NCBI GenBank assembly: GCA_022509125.1
Contig: JAFLTU010000004.1
Span: 34,159 to 98,158, forward strand
Direction of reading: 5' to 3'
DNA: 64,000 bases
Origin: Muribaculaceae bacterium
Lineage (GTDB): Bacteria > Bacteroidota > Bacteroidia > Bacteroidales > Muribaculaceae
The notes under the pieces: model-generated
The model's input: only the letters and a program-made list of their open reading frames with translations
Databases searched by the model: none
What the model was told of the DNA's origin: nothing
Position numbers and translations under genes: made by a program
Shown: positions 53,901 through 62,383 of the stretch, piece by piece
How the letters are laid out: every line of letters begins with the position of its first letter
Position numbering within the stretch: position 1 is the stretch's first letter

Positions 53901-54262
53901 GGAGAATGCCGCATTTATTAGACGACGAAGATGACATCCTGACCGCAGAGGAGATCGAAATTATGAATTTCCCTAATCTTCAACTGACAGTCTTGTCAGC
54001 TTGCGACTCGGGCTTAGGGGAAATAAATTCCGACGGAAGCCGGGGATTGCAGAAAGCCTTCCGGAGCGCCGGCTCAAAAAATATCATCTGCAGTCTTAAC
54101 AAAGTAGACGACTACTGGTCGGCCCAATTCATGGGGCAGCTCTATAAAAACCTGACTGCAGGCCTCTCAATCTACGATTCATTCCGAGAAGCCCAGAAAA
54201 GCATAAAAACGGCCGCTCCCTTTAACCCCGTGGCCTGGGCCTCTTATATTCTGATAGAATAA
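50930..54262 (+). CDS. Exported TPR-CHAT-domain cysteine protease
   Basis: Signal-like N-terminus; TPR helices (WGIAHITLGEFDKAQYNFKKA); IYFSPDG, VLHFSTHG (His), LTAEEI, VLSACDSGLG (Cys), GLQKAF..AG, WASYILIE. Confidence 0.9.
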   Translation: MKKLKFHFRLILFATILFMGCWGLGSYAGNQNAPSEEPPSGASFSQNDSIIWDIVEILKEEKNLDPNRREEIEKRIASFPGRIIRRDTASYFLQTALTIAYNEYTTENFPVATEVAKKFNEEIEMADFWENISRYFLIKFTPSVIKTKEKIKNGEKISQFDILNLSSNYDNTRDKRSFLNELLIDIPINLNIFSYKKLLRAYKNEGGIPSGLNSWNMPTIYHFCHINGRQDILDEIISLWNLEEANFAMDPQKGIYKYVDLEPPSTDFRSINQNTLNEFALAIYDIEGNILRIDSLISIGQQDSIGKYVDNYQNLSLQNGKNREVIEMSAKYEKFVPQNWKHRFYNYWGIAHITLGEFDKAQYNFKKAIDNRENLESFSGAVINYALALAEDGRCEDATQILETQKDKMASPADSINYFENLGYITSLLDPIRAKELYDIVDKKIETTPPLSRKVPDSFLTRHFAREARLWDHDLFKWREILKSVRFYSGEDNSINLYGSLHNSLYHSEMGRYRNFLFDFEGAAKDFEAAQDKIENLDSTDYRVKWWSESWQALSNFRNEFAKDPETILRALTLDRLSPLHKLWLIGNLTYFLAHEEENGREEIAKNEFDIGFINDNLNSHLAEAIMALASDESRFLIVPILTMQQILMPIEARLGNPKELARLNLLRKGLLQTSKTAIEKELMAGGKIKEYENLKAMRKALNHAYIYEDSLRIKKLSPLISAKERELYYSLKENINIGEIISTHPESIILNLKENDIAIDFIEYGQNDSTYFGAFLYFPDGEIKYLPILTTQNESSDPQNPWRELWPFLEGRQDIYFSPDGSLINEGIEFYEDQYGEPLFQTHRLHRMSHLRNLNRASSEASERIEGEIAVFGVADHNSPVGGEGKLFRGDWTDLPDVEHEMELIENSINGFPHQIFFNDDAIEENVKAVDGRDISVLHFSTHGVYRNVDSLSRAASDITHFDHQIAQRILKTERQDICGIVLRKGNLTWRMPHLLDDEDDILTAEEIEIMNFPNLQLTVLSACDSGLGEINSDGSRGLQKAFRSAGSKNIICSLNKVDDYWSAQFMGQLYKNLTAGLSIYDSFREAQKSIKTAAPFNPVAWASYILIE

Positions 54263-54286
54263 CTCCTATTCTGATAGAATAACTCC
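54247..54286 (+). repeat. Perfect 20-bp tandem duplication, each unit containing the palindrome TATTCT-N3-AGAATA
   Basis: TATTCTGATAGAATAACTCC at 54247-54266 and again at 54267-54286. Confidence 0.92.
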
Positions 54287-54334
54287 CGGATTGTCATAGA
54301 AAAAACAAGTGGCAAAAGATAGAATAAAATTTCG

Positions 54335-54342
54335 TAATTTTG
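54335..54342 (+). promoter_or_regulatory. Sigma-A -7 element upstream of the ECF-like sigma gene
   Basis: TAATTTTG 10 nt before TTG 54353. Confidence 0.55.
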
Positions 54343-54352
54343 TGAGTCATTC

Positions 54353-54976
54353 TTGAAGCGTATGGAAGGAAGCTACGAAGAAATTGTCAGAAAATGGTAT
54401 AAAAAGTTGCGACCCAACTTTATTGACTCTCTGATGGATAAATATAGAGGGAGCCAAATGCGTCTCGAAGATGCGGAAAACATCTATCAGGATGTGTTTA
54501 TAGCAATCTACGACAATCTGGAAAAGGGAAGCATCAAAAGCGATACTTCCTGGAACAGCTATATCATGACAATAGGGCTGAACATGGCCACAAAAAAATA
54601 TAGAAAGATTTCCAAAAACACATCTCTGACGGAGCAGACAAAAGACGACTCCGATTCCCCTCAGAAGCTGTCAAAAGAAGTGGCCGATGAATTGCAGAAG
54701 CTCTCTGACGATACTCCCGACTTATATGGCAATCCCGAGGCCCAGGCCCTCCTCGGCGAGGAGCTTAACCACACTCCGGAACCTTGCGCATCTATCATCC
54801 GCTACACATATTTCTCGGGACTTAAGGATAAGGAAATAATAGAAGAGATCGAACGTTACAATAGTCCCCAGGCGGTTAAAGCTAAAAGATATCAATGCAT
54901 GAAAGACTTGATGTATCGCGTCAAACTTTCTCTTTATCATGCCGGATTAATTGACAAAAAACCGGAAAGGAGGTAA
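54353..54976 (+). CDS. ECF-like sigma-70 factor
   Basis: Region 2 EDAENIYQDVFIAIY..SWNSYIMTIGLN; region 4 PEPCASIIRYTYFSGLKDKEI..YNSPQAVKAKRYQCMKDL. Confidence 0.8.
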   Translation: MKRMEGSYEEIVRKWYKKLRPNFIDSLMDKYRGSQMRLEDAENIYQDVFIAIYDNLEKGSIKSDTSWNSYIMTIGLNMATKKYRKISKNTSLTEQTKDDSDSPQKLSKEVADELQKLSDDTPDLYGNPEAQALLGEELNHTPEPCASIIRYTYFSGLKDKEIIEEIERYNSPQAVKAKRYQCMKDLMYRVKLSLYHAGLIDKKPERR

Positions 54977-54980
54977 GACT

Positions 54981-55646
54981 ATGGGAAATATAGAATTGTT
55001 TGAAGAATATATTGCCGGAAGTCTTAACCCGGATCAAAAAGCCTCGTTTGAAAAGAAATTGAAGGAAGACAAAGATTTTGCCGCCGATTTCAAAATTTTC
55101 CTTTTTACTGTTGACGGTGTCATAAAGGAGGCTCGACAGGATAATGCCGATTTCGGGAATGCAATGAAGAATATTTCCCGAGATGAACTCCTAAATATTA
55201 TCGGCAGGCGGAGAGTCCCCAAAATATTCCGTTTCGGATATCTGAAGGAACGAGCCCTTTGGGCTTCCGGTGTCGCAGCCCTATTTATTATTCTCTTCGT
55301 CTCTGTTTTCTTTACATTCCAAATGGGCAACAGGAATATCGACAACTTGGTGGCCGACTATTATTATCTCCCTGCTTCCAAGGGGCCGGATGAATATGTC
55401 GATATCTCTCGGATGTCGGAGGGGGAAATTAAGGAATACATCTCCATCCTGATATCAGAATATGAACAATGCCCTCCCGACGATATTCAGGCTTGCCAAG
55501 AGACCGGTCTTAGAATCGCCATCGCTTATATTAAAATCCACGACAGGAAAGAGGCCAGAATATGGCTGGAAAAACTAATCGACAGGTTCTGGGACGACAA
55601 GCCATTTGTGGAGCAATGTCAGTCTATTCTCGACCAAATTAACTGA
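54981..55646 (+). CDS. Single-pass membrane protein, putative anti-sigma factor
   Basis: Likely ATG 54981; N-terminal ELFEEYIAGSLNPDQKASFEKKL (anti-sigma-domain-like), one TM (ALWASGVAALFIILFVSVFF), C-terminal TPR-like hairpin IAIAYIK.HDRKEARIWLEKL. Confidence 0.7.
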   Translation: MGNIELFEEYIAGSLNPDQKASFEKKLKEDKDFAADFKIFLFTVDGVIKEARQDNADFGNAMKNISRDELLNIIGRRRVPKIFRFGYLKERALWASGVAALFIILFVSVFFTFQMGNRNIDNLVADYYYLPASKGPDEYVDISRMSEGEIKEYISILISEYEQCPPDDIQACQETGLRIAIAYIKIHDRKEARIWLEKLIDRFWDDKPFVEQCQSILDQIN

Positions 55647-55673
55647 TGCTTTCTCCCCCCGGGAAAAAAGACC

Positions 55674-56561
55674 ATGAAAATAAAAAGCCTTTTAACTTTA
55701 GTTTTATTGGCAGCGACTTCGCTCTGCGGAGCCACTGACAGGGCTCTTCTCGTGGGTATCGGGAACTACGACCGGATAAAGACCGGGTGGTCTCCCATCC
55801 ATGGAGATAAAGACGTGGAATTATTGGCCCCCTTGCTTAAGAGACAAGGATTCAGCGACATAACAACACTTATCAATGATAAGGCCGTCAAAAACGCCAT
55901 TGTAGAGGAATTGAAGAGCCTTGCCCAAAGAAGCCAAGAGGGAGATAAAATCTATTTCCATTTCTCCGGCCACGGGCAGCCCGTGATAGACTACAACAAC
56001 GACGAAGCCCTCTCCGGGAAAAAATATGATGAATCGATTGTGCCCTTCGATGCCTGCAGAGATAATCTCAAAATGGATGGGGCCTATGAGGGACAAAACC
56101 ATTTAATCGATGATGAGCTCGCTCCCCTTTTCGATGCAATCAAGAGAAAAATCGGAGGAAATGGCCAGTTTATGATAGTCATCGATGCCTGCTACAGCAA
56201 GGGAATCCAAAAAGATGAGGTCACTGAAATCGACCCCGACCTCCTCCGGTTTGCAAGAGGCACCGACCAACCTTTTGTGCCTCATCCTGGTAGTTCCTAT
56301 CTTAAGAATCTGCCGAAACCAAAGGATTTTTCTCCCGGTTCCCCGATTATTGTAATCACCGCATGCGCCAGCGATGAATCTAATTATGAATACAAGGTGA
56401 ATCCTAAGACAATATATGGATCGCTGTCGTTTTATATTTATCAACTCTTGAAGACGGATGCCGATTTCTCCAGATGGAAAGATCTTTTCCTTAAAGAAGA
56501 CTATAAAAGAAGAAACATCTTTCAACCCATTCAGCATCCATCGATTGAAATCATCCCCTGA
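55674..56561 (+). CDS. Exported metacaspase (caspase family C14)
   Basis: Signal peptide; RALLVGIGNY, FHFSGHG (His), YDESIVPFD, LIDDEL, IDACYS (Cys), ITAC..E, YGSLS. Confidence 0.9.
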   Translation: MKIKSLLTLVLLAATSLCGATDRALLVGIGNYDRIKTGWSPIHGDKDVELLAPLLKRQGFSDITTLINDKAVKNAIVEELKSLAQRSQEGDKIYFHFSGHGQPVIDYNNDEALSGKKYDESIVPFDACRDNLKMDGAYEGQNHLIDDELAPLFDAIKRKIGGNGQFMIVIDACYSKGIQKDEVTEIDPDLLRFARGTDQPFVPHPGSSYLKNLPKPKDFSPGSPIIVITACASDESNYEYKVNPKTIYGSLSFYIYQLLKTDADFSRWKDLFLKEDYKRRNIFQPIQHPSIEIIP

Positions 56562-56617
56562 AACAATTAGGATGTTAATCAAATCTGTAAAATATTCCTT
56601 CCTTTAAAAATTTGAAA

Positions 56618-57256
56618 ATGAAAAAACTATTCTCAAAAATCTTATTCTTCTTTGCAATTGCAATAGGTATTACATCCTGCGGAGGTGGTTCTTCAGCCTC
56701 ATCCGACCCTAATTTGAATGCTCAAGAAAGAGAAGTGGTGGTCAAAACCGAGAAATCTCTTCCTAAAGGCGATAAACTTGAGAATTACAAAATCGTGACC
56801 TCTTCTCTTCCGCTTGCCTTGCTCGATGATGAATATAAATCCACTCGCGACCAAGTATTCAAAGCCCGTCTCGACTACATCAATTGTATCAAGAGAGGTC
56901 TCGATAGTCACGCGCAGAAAAATCTCGAGACTTTGCAAGAAATCCAAAAACAAATAGGAGAAAAAGAGGAAAATCTTAAATCGACCTCCCCTAATTATAT
57001 ATTCGTGCTGGCCGAAGTGAAGGAAAGAACAAGAAGAGATGGCAAACTTTCGGGCTTTATCGCTATCTATGATCCGGAAAATCTTGAACAAGTCGACCTT
57101 GTCCAAGTGACAACTCCCCTCTATAAAAATGCTGAAATGATGACCGAGGCCCTTGATGGCACTCTTGCTGACCCGGCCACATTCTCTAAAGATCCCTCCG
57201 AACTGACATCTTCTAATCCGGTGGTGGAATTTATCCTTCGTTCCAATCCCAAATAA
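56618..57256 (+). CDS. Hypothetical lipoprotein
   Basis: MKKLFSK..IGITSC lipobox followed by a Gly/Ser tether. Confidence 0.72.
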   Translation: MKKLFSKILFFFAIAIGITSCGGGSSASSDPNLNAQEREVVVKTEKSLPKGDKLENYKIVTSSLPLALLDDEYKSTRDQVFKARLDYINCIKRGLDSHAQKNLETLQEIQKQIGEKEENLKSTSPNYIFVLAEVKERTRRDGKLSGFIAIYDPENLEQVDLVQVTTPLYKNAEMMTEALDGTLADPATFSKDPSELTSSNPVVEFILRSNPK

Positions 57257-57257
57257 A

Positions 57258-59303
57258 GTGACAAGCGATAGTCAAATAAACTCTCCGGAGAAAACAAATC
57301 TTTTGCATTTACCGGGTCCTCAAGGTCAGGATGGATTGAGAGCATTTCTGGAAAGTGGCTTTATCCCGGGTATTGGGAAAGTTTACGCCCAAAGAATTGA
57401 AGAAAAGTTAGGAGAACGACTCTCCGACATTGCTGCTCTCTGTGAGGAGGATTTCAGATCGGTGGAAGGTATAGGGCCTAAGTCTGCTTCTGCAATCGTC
57501 GAGGCAATAAAGAATCTGCCGGCATCGCCAAATTTTTTGCAGTTTCTCTTTTCTTGTGGTCTTGGCTATCTTGAAATCACAAAAATCTTGAACAAATACA
57601 GGAGGGAGACCCTGAAGGTGGTCCTTGACAATCCCTACGAAATGGTTGAGGATGTCTGGAAATTTTCCTTCTTCCGAGCCGATCGAATAGGCCGGCGTCT
57701 GGGGATTGCAACCGAAGACCCTCGAAGGTTAAAAGGAGCTTTGCTCACTGCTGTGAAGCTCCATGCCGAAAGAGGAAGCCTGTTTGCTCGAAGAGAGCAA
57801 TTATTCGCCACCGCCTCTAATATTGCCGGGAGGGGGGAGGAAACTGTCGTAGAAGAAAATGATGACAGTAAAATTGAACGGCTAAAAATCGAAGCAGAAA
57901 AAATTAAACCGGAAAAATTTCAACCCGCTTTAGAGAGTCTGATCTCTGAAGAAAGACTCGTGGAATCGCTGGGTGGGATTTATCTTCCTGTTTATTATAA
58001 TGCTGAAGAAGAGACTGCGGGGAGACTCGCCTCTTTGATTTCTGAGGGTTCGCCGAGGGAGGATTTCAATTTTGATTTGCCCGACCGTGATCTTGAAGGC
58101 CATTATTTCACTGAAGAGCAACTCGAAGCTATCAAGATGGCCCGAGACAACCCGGTCAGCATAATCACCGGAGACCCGGGCACCGGCAAAACCACCACCG
58201 TCAGAGGTCTAATAAGATTATTCCAAGACGAAGGAAAGAGGGTGATACTGACAGCGCCCACCGGACGTTCTGCGAAGAAGATGGAAATGATGGCCGGCGA
58301 AAGCGCCAAAACTATCCATAGGCTTTTAGGGTTCAATCGCGGGAAAGGCTACTTCAATAAGAAACTTGAAGCCGATGTTTTGATTATTGACGAAGCGTCG
58401 CTGCTGGAGCAGGTGCTTTTTAATCATCTTCTTAATGCTCTCCCCGATAATATAAAAATAGTGTTGGTGGGGGATGTAGGCCAATTGCCTCCAATCGGAG
58501 CGGGAAAAGTGCTCGAAGATCTTTTAGACTCCCGAGTGGTGCCCGTGGCCCGTCTCACTCGCAATTTCCGACAAGAACAGGGAAGCCTCTTGGCTGCAAA
58601 CATTCAAAACATCAAAAAGGGCCAGATGCCCGAGGGAAGTGAAGAGGGAGATTTCGCTATAATCTATGAGGAAGACGAAGTCTCCGCCAAGGATAAGGTC
58701 ATAGAGATGGTGACAAAGATTCTGCCCTCAAAATTCATGATAGCCCCGGCTGATGTGCAGGTGGTCTCTCCGCAACATGACGGACCTCTTGGCACTTCCT
58801 CACTCAATGAAGCCCTCCAGGAGGCCTTGCAAAAGGAGGGAACGGAAATTAGTTATGGAGCTAAGAAATTCCGTATGGGCGATCGGGTGGTGCAATCCGT
58901 TAATTCAAGCAGGCGCGGAATTTATAACGGCGAAACCGGGAAAATTGTGGAGGTAAACCCCGACGCAGGTTTTTTAAGAGTGGAATTCGCCGATGGAAAG
59001 ATGTCGACCTATCTTAAGAAAGAGTTCGGGGAACTGCAACTCGCTTACGCCACAAGCGTCCATAAACTTCAGGGCACTGAGACAGATTTTGTGGTGATGC
59101 CTTTGACAACATCCCACGAAAGGCTGCTTCATCGTAACCTTCTTCTGACCGCAGTAGGGAGAGCCCGAAAATTTTGCGGTTTGATAGGTGAAAGAGAGGC
59201 GCTTGAACGGGCAGTGGCCTCCTCGCCCCCATTTGTAAGGAATTCAAATCTCAAACAACGGCTTCAAGACAAACTCCGATTTTCAATCAAGCCGGAAGAG
59301 TGA
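57258..59303 (+). CDS. recD2: RecD2-like SF1B helicase, N-terminally shortened with divergent motifs
   Basis: HhH GIG motifs, GDPGTGKTT, APTGRSAK, TIHRLL, IIDEAS, GDVGQLPPIGAG, FRQ, YNGETG, AYATSVHKLQG. Confidence 0.82.
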   Translation: MTSDSQINSPEKTNLLHLPGPQGQDGLRAFLESGFIPGIGKVYAQRIEEKLGERLSDIAALCEEDFRSVEGIGPKSASAIVEAIKNLPASPNFLQFLFSCGLGYLEITKILNKYRRETLKVVLDNPYEMVEDVWKFSFFRADRIGRRLGIATEDPRRLKGALLTAVKLHAERGSLFARREQLFATASNIAGRGEETVVEENDDSKIERLKIEAEKIKPEKFQPALESLISEERLVESLGGIYLPVYYNAEEETAGRLASLISEGSPREDFNFDLPDRDLEGHYFTEEQLEAIKMARDNPVSIITGDPGTGKTTTVRGLIRLFQDEGKRVILTAPTGRSAKKMEMMAGESAKTIHRLLGFNRGKGYFNKKLEADVLIIDEASLLEQVLFNHLLNALPDNIKIVLVGDVGQLPPIGAGKVLEDLLDSRVVPVARLTRNFRQEQGSLLAANIQNIKKGQMPEGSEEGDFAIIYEEDEVSAKDKVIEMVTKILPSKFMIAPADVQVVSPQHDGPLGTSSLNEALQEALQKEGTEISYGAKKFRMGDRVVQSVNSSRRGIYNGETGKIVEVNPDAGFLRVEFADGKMSTYLKKEFGELQLAYATSVHKLQGTETDFVVMPLTTSHERLLHRNLLLTAVGRARKFCGLIGEREALERAVASSPPFVRNSNLKQRLQDKLRFSIKPEE

Positions 59304-60693
59304 TCCATCGGTTGATTTCTTCAGGAAGGTCTTCAGGGGAATGAGTCACCATAATAAGGGCACAATCCCGATTGGCCGTCAAAAAGTCTCTCAATGTCTG
59401 GCGGACCCTTTCCAAATTTTCAGAGTCGAGGGCATGCATGGGCTCATCGAGAATCAACAGTTCCGGCTCTTTAATCATAGATCTGGCTATCAAGACCATC
59501 TGTTTTTCTCCGGAAGAAAGTGCGGAGAAAGTGCGGTGGCTTATCTTCTCCAGTTTGAAATGGGAAATCCATTTCAGTGCCTGTTCTTTTTGAGCATCTG
59601 TGGGTTTCACATACATGCCCACAGTGTCGTTTAGTCCGTTGGCAATGATATCTGCCACAGTCCCTCCACCATGAAAATGAAGTCGCATTTCGGGCGAAAC
59701 ATAACCGATTCTTTTCTTTATATCCCAGATGCTGACTCCCCTCCCCCGCTTCATACCAAACATTTTTATATTGTTGCAATAGGCTTTGGGATTGTCGGCA
59801 TTAAGAAGGCTTAGAAGAGTTGATTTTCCTGATCCGTTAGGCCCTGAGAGGCTCCATCTCTCCCCTTTTCTTACCACCCAGCTGAAGGAATTCAATAGGC
59901 TTCGCGACCCATATTTCACCACGCAATTCTCCATTTCGCAGACGGGGGCTCCTTCTATCAATAGGCTCTTTTCCCGAAACATGAAGGGTTGATAGAGAGA
60001 AACTGCCAACTTTTCTTCTTCGGAGGATATTCCGGAAGGATTGGCATAAATTATATTGTCAGCAAATGCCGGAATCTCTTCTTGATTGGTCAGCAGGAGC
60101 ATTAAAGATTTGCCGGCAGCCTTAAACCTGACAAAAGTGTCGTCAAGAATTTTTCTCGAGGGCCGGTCAAGCCCGATGTAGGGATTATCTAAAATCAGGA
60201 AATCCGGACTGTCGGTCAGTGCTTGGATTATAATTAGCTTTCTGGTTTCTCCGCTCGACAGATGGTTGATTTTCTTTTCCTCCACTTCGCCAAGCATGAA
60301 TTCCCTCTTAAGTCTTTGAAACTCTGGGGAAAAGATTTTCTCCCCCACTACCTCTGCCACCGTCGGGACTTCGTCGTTCATTCCGGCCTCATAACGTTGT
60401 TGATAATAGCCCACGGCAGCCTCCCCGCTCGATAGCCCCTCGATCGAATGGATATCATTAAATTCCAAAAGCTTGATTTTAGGATAGGTTCCTTCGGGAG
60501 CCTCTATGCGGTTGGTCAGGAAATTCCGCCCGTTTTCCAAAATCTTTGCAAAGGTGGTTTTTCCCGTTCCGTTTCCTCCCCTTATTACGGTTAGTCCCCG
60601 ATTTATATGGAGGCCCTTTTCAACACGAATTTTCCTGCCTCCGGTGAAATGAAGTTCTTCGCTTTCAATCCTAAGCAACCCCGATTCCATCAT
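59287..60693 (-). CDS. Duplicated ABC ATP-binding protein (ModF-like)
   Basis: Two Walker A motifs (GGNGTGKT, GPNGSGKS), LSSGE signatures, LILDNP/LILDEP, SIWDIKKRIGYVSPE. Confidence 0.85.
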   Translation of the reverse strand: MMESGLLRIESEELHFTGGRKIRVEKGLHINRGLTVIRGGNGTGKTTFAKILENGRNFLTNRIEAPEGTYPKIKLLEFNDIHSIEGLSSGEAAVGYYQQRYEAGMNDEVPTVAEVVGEKIFSPEFQRLKREFMLGEVEEKKINHLSSGETRKLIIIQALTDSPDFLILDNPYIGLDRPSRKILDDTFVRFKAAGKSLMLLLTNQEEIPAFADNIIYANPSGISSEEEKLAVSLYQPFMFREKSLLIEGAPVCEMENCVVKYGSRSLLNSFSWVVRKGERWSLSGPNGSGKSTLLSLLNADNPKAYCNNIKMFGMKRGRGVSIWDIKKRIGYVSPEMRLHFHGGGTVADIIANGLNDTVGMYVKPTDAQKEQALKWISHFKLEKISHRTFSALSSGEKQMVLIARSMIKEPELLILDEPMHALDSENLERVRQTLRDFLTANRDCALIMVTHSPEDLPEEINRWITLPA

Positions 60694-61622
60694 ATTGTCT
60701 GAAGCAAACCGAGTCCCTCCTCCTGAAGATCTTTTATAATATCCCGACAGGCATAAGGATTGGTAAGGTTGGCCGAGCCGATTTCCACGGCATTAGCCCC
60801 GGCCAGCATCATTTCGCGCACATCCGAGGCACTCGAAACCCCTCCGCATCCTATAATTGGCACGTCGGCGAAAGCCTGTCTCACCTGATAAACCATACGG
60901 AGAGCTACGGGGAAAATGGCAGGTCCGGAAAAACCTCCCATAACATTGGCGATTATCGGTTTACCGGTCTTCAGATCGAATCTCATTCCGAGCAAGGTGT
61001 TGATAAGGCATAAACCGTCGGCTCCTCCTTTTAGCGCAGCCTCCGCCATCGCAACGATGTCAGTGACATTCGGAGTCAGCTTGACAAATAATGGAACGGT
61101 CGAAACCTCCTTCACCCTCTCCACAAGGCCGGCGAGCACTTCCGGGTCTGTGCCAAACGACATTCCCCCTCCATGCACATTGGGGCAGCTGACATTAAGT
61201 TCTATAAGACCTATTTGAGGTTCCTCTGTGATTCTTTTGCAACATTCCACATATTCTTCCACCGAAAAGCCGCTTATATTGGCAATGATCGGTTGATGAA
61301 ACACTTCCCGAAGCTTTGGCAACTCTTTTGAAACCACAGCATCGATACCCGGATTCTGAAGACCCACGGAATTTATCAATCCACTGCTGCATTCCGCCAC
61401 TCTTGGCAAGGGATTGCCAAAACGAGGATTAAGCGTTGTGCCCTTAATTGATATAGAACCCAGGATATCCACGGGATAAAACTCATTCATCTCATATCCA
61501 AATCCAAAGCAACCGGAAGCCGGGATAACCGGATTCTGAAGCTCTATGCCGCCTAATCTTACCCGAAGGTCATGCTTCGGTTGCGTCGGATGAGGTGCCC
61601 ACGACAAATCTTTTATTTCCAT
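60690..61622 (-). CDS. pyrD: Dihydroorotate dehydrogenase 1B catalytic subunit
   Basis: NPVIPASGCFG, NSVGLQNPG, ELNVSCPNV, VKLTPNVTDI, GGFSGPAI. Confidence 0.95.
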   Translation of the reverse strand: MEIKDLSWAPHPTQPKHDLRVRLGGIELQNPVIPASGCFGFGYEMNEFYPVDILGSISIKGTTLNPRFGNPLPRVAECSSGLINSVGLQNPGIDAVVSKELPKLREVFHQPIIANISGFSVEEYVECCKRITEEPQIGLIELNVSCPNVHGGGMSFGTDPEVLAGLVERVKEVSTVPLFVKLTPNVTDIVAMAEAALKGGADGLCLINTLLGMRFDLKTGKPIIANVMGGFSGPAIFPVALRMVYQVRQAFADVPIIGCGGVSSASDVREMMLAGANAVEIGSANLTNPYACRDIIKDLQEEGLGLLQTI

Positions 61623-62362
61623 ATCAGCTCCTCTTTTTTAAACACCGGACCCTCCTTGCAAATGCGTTTCGATCCGGTAAGGGTTTCGAGGCTGCAACAC
61701 ATGCAGGCGCCGAATCCACACCCCATCCTGCTCTCCAGACTCATCTCTCCGGGCTCCGGAAGTCCACTCAAAGATTTTAACATAGGCATAGGGCCACAGG
61801 CATAAAAATAATCAAATTGCAGTCCTTTTGCTTTGATTGCGTCTGTGACAAATCCTTTGGTTCCCTCCGAACCATCGACTGTCGCCACATGGCATGCTAT
61901 ACCCAAATCCCTCAACTGTTCTTCCAGACCCCAACTCTCATCCTTGGTGTTGTAGCCCACCACCACTTGAGGCACAATTCCGTTTTCCATAAGCTCAACG
62001 GCAAGTTGAACAAGGGGGGCAGCACCAATACCCCCGCCTAAAAGCAAGGGATGGCGTATGCCGGAGGAAATCGAGAACCCGTTGCCAAGTCCAATCAAAA
62101 CATCCAATTCTTCCCCCTCTCTCATTTCGCTAAGAATTTCCGTGCCTTCGCCTGCAACATTATAGAGCAAATGAAGCTCTTTCTCTCCGGTAAAATACCG
62201 GCTAACAGAGATAGGGCGACGAAGATATTTCCCCGGAATTCCAATATTGACAAACTGTCCGGCTCTTGTCAGGCCCGTGAGATCTCCGCGAAGTCTCAAA
62301 AACCAGGTGCGGGATGAGACTTTACGGTTTTCCTCAATCCTTAGTTTTCTCCTTATATCCAT
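61613..62362 (-). CDS. pyrK: Dihydroorotate dehydrogenase electron-transfer subunit
   Basis: GQFVNI, LRRPIS, GGGIG, ACGPMPM, MGCGFGACMCC..ICKEGPVF. Confidence 0.93.
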   Translation of the reverse strand: MDIRRKLRIEENRKVSSRTWFLRLRGDLTGLTRAGQFVNIGIPGKYLRRPISVSRYFTGEKELHLLYNVAGEGTEILSEMREGEELDVLIGLGNGFSISSGIRHPLLLGGGIGAAPLVQLAVELMENGIVPQVVVGYNTKDESWGLEEQLRDLGIACHVATVDGSEGTKGFVTDAIKAKGLQFDYFYACGPMPMLKSLSGLPEPGEMSLESRMGCGFGACMCCSLETLTGSKRICKEGPVFKKEELIWK

Positions 62363-62383
62363 TTTTAGTTTTTGAATTGGAGC

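Noticed and set aside
50930-56561. CHAT plus sigma as a type III-E/III-B CRISPR accessory module
   Set aside because: No cas genes, SAVED/CARF domains or repeat-spacer array in the window; both proteases carry export signals
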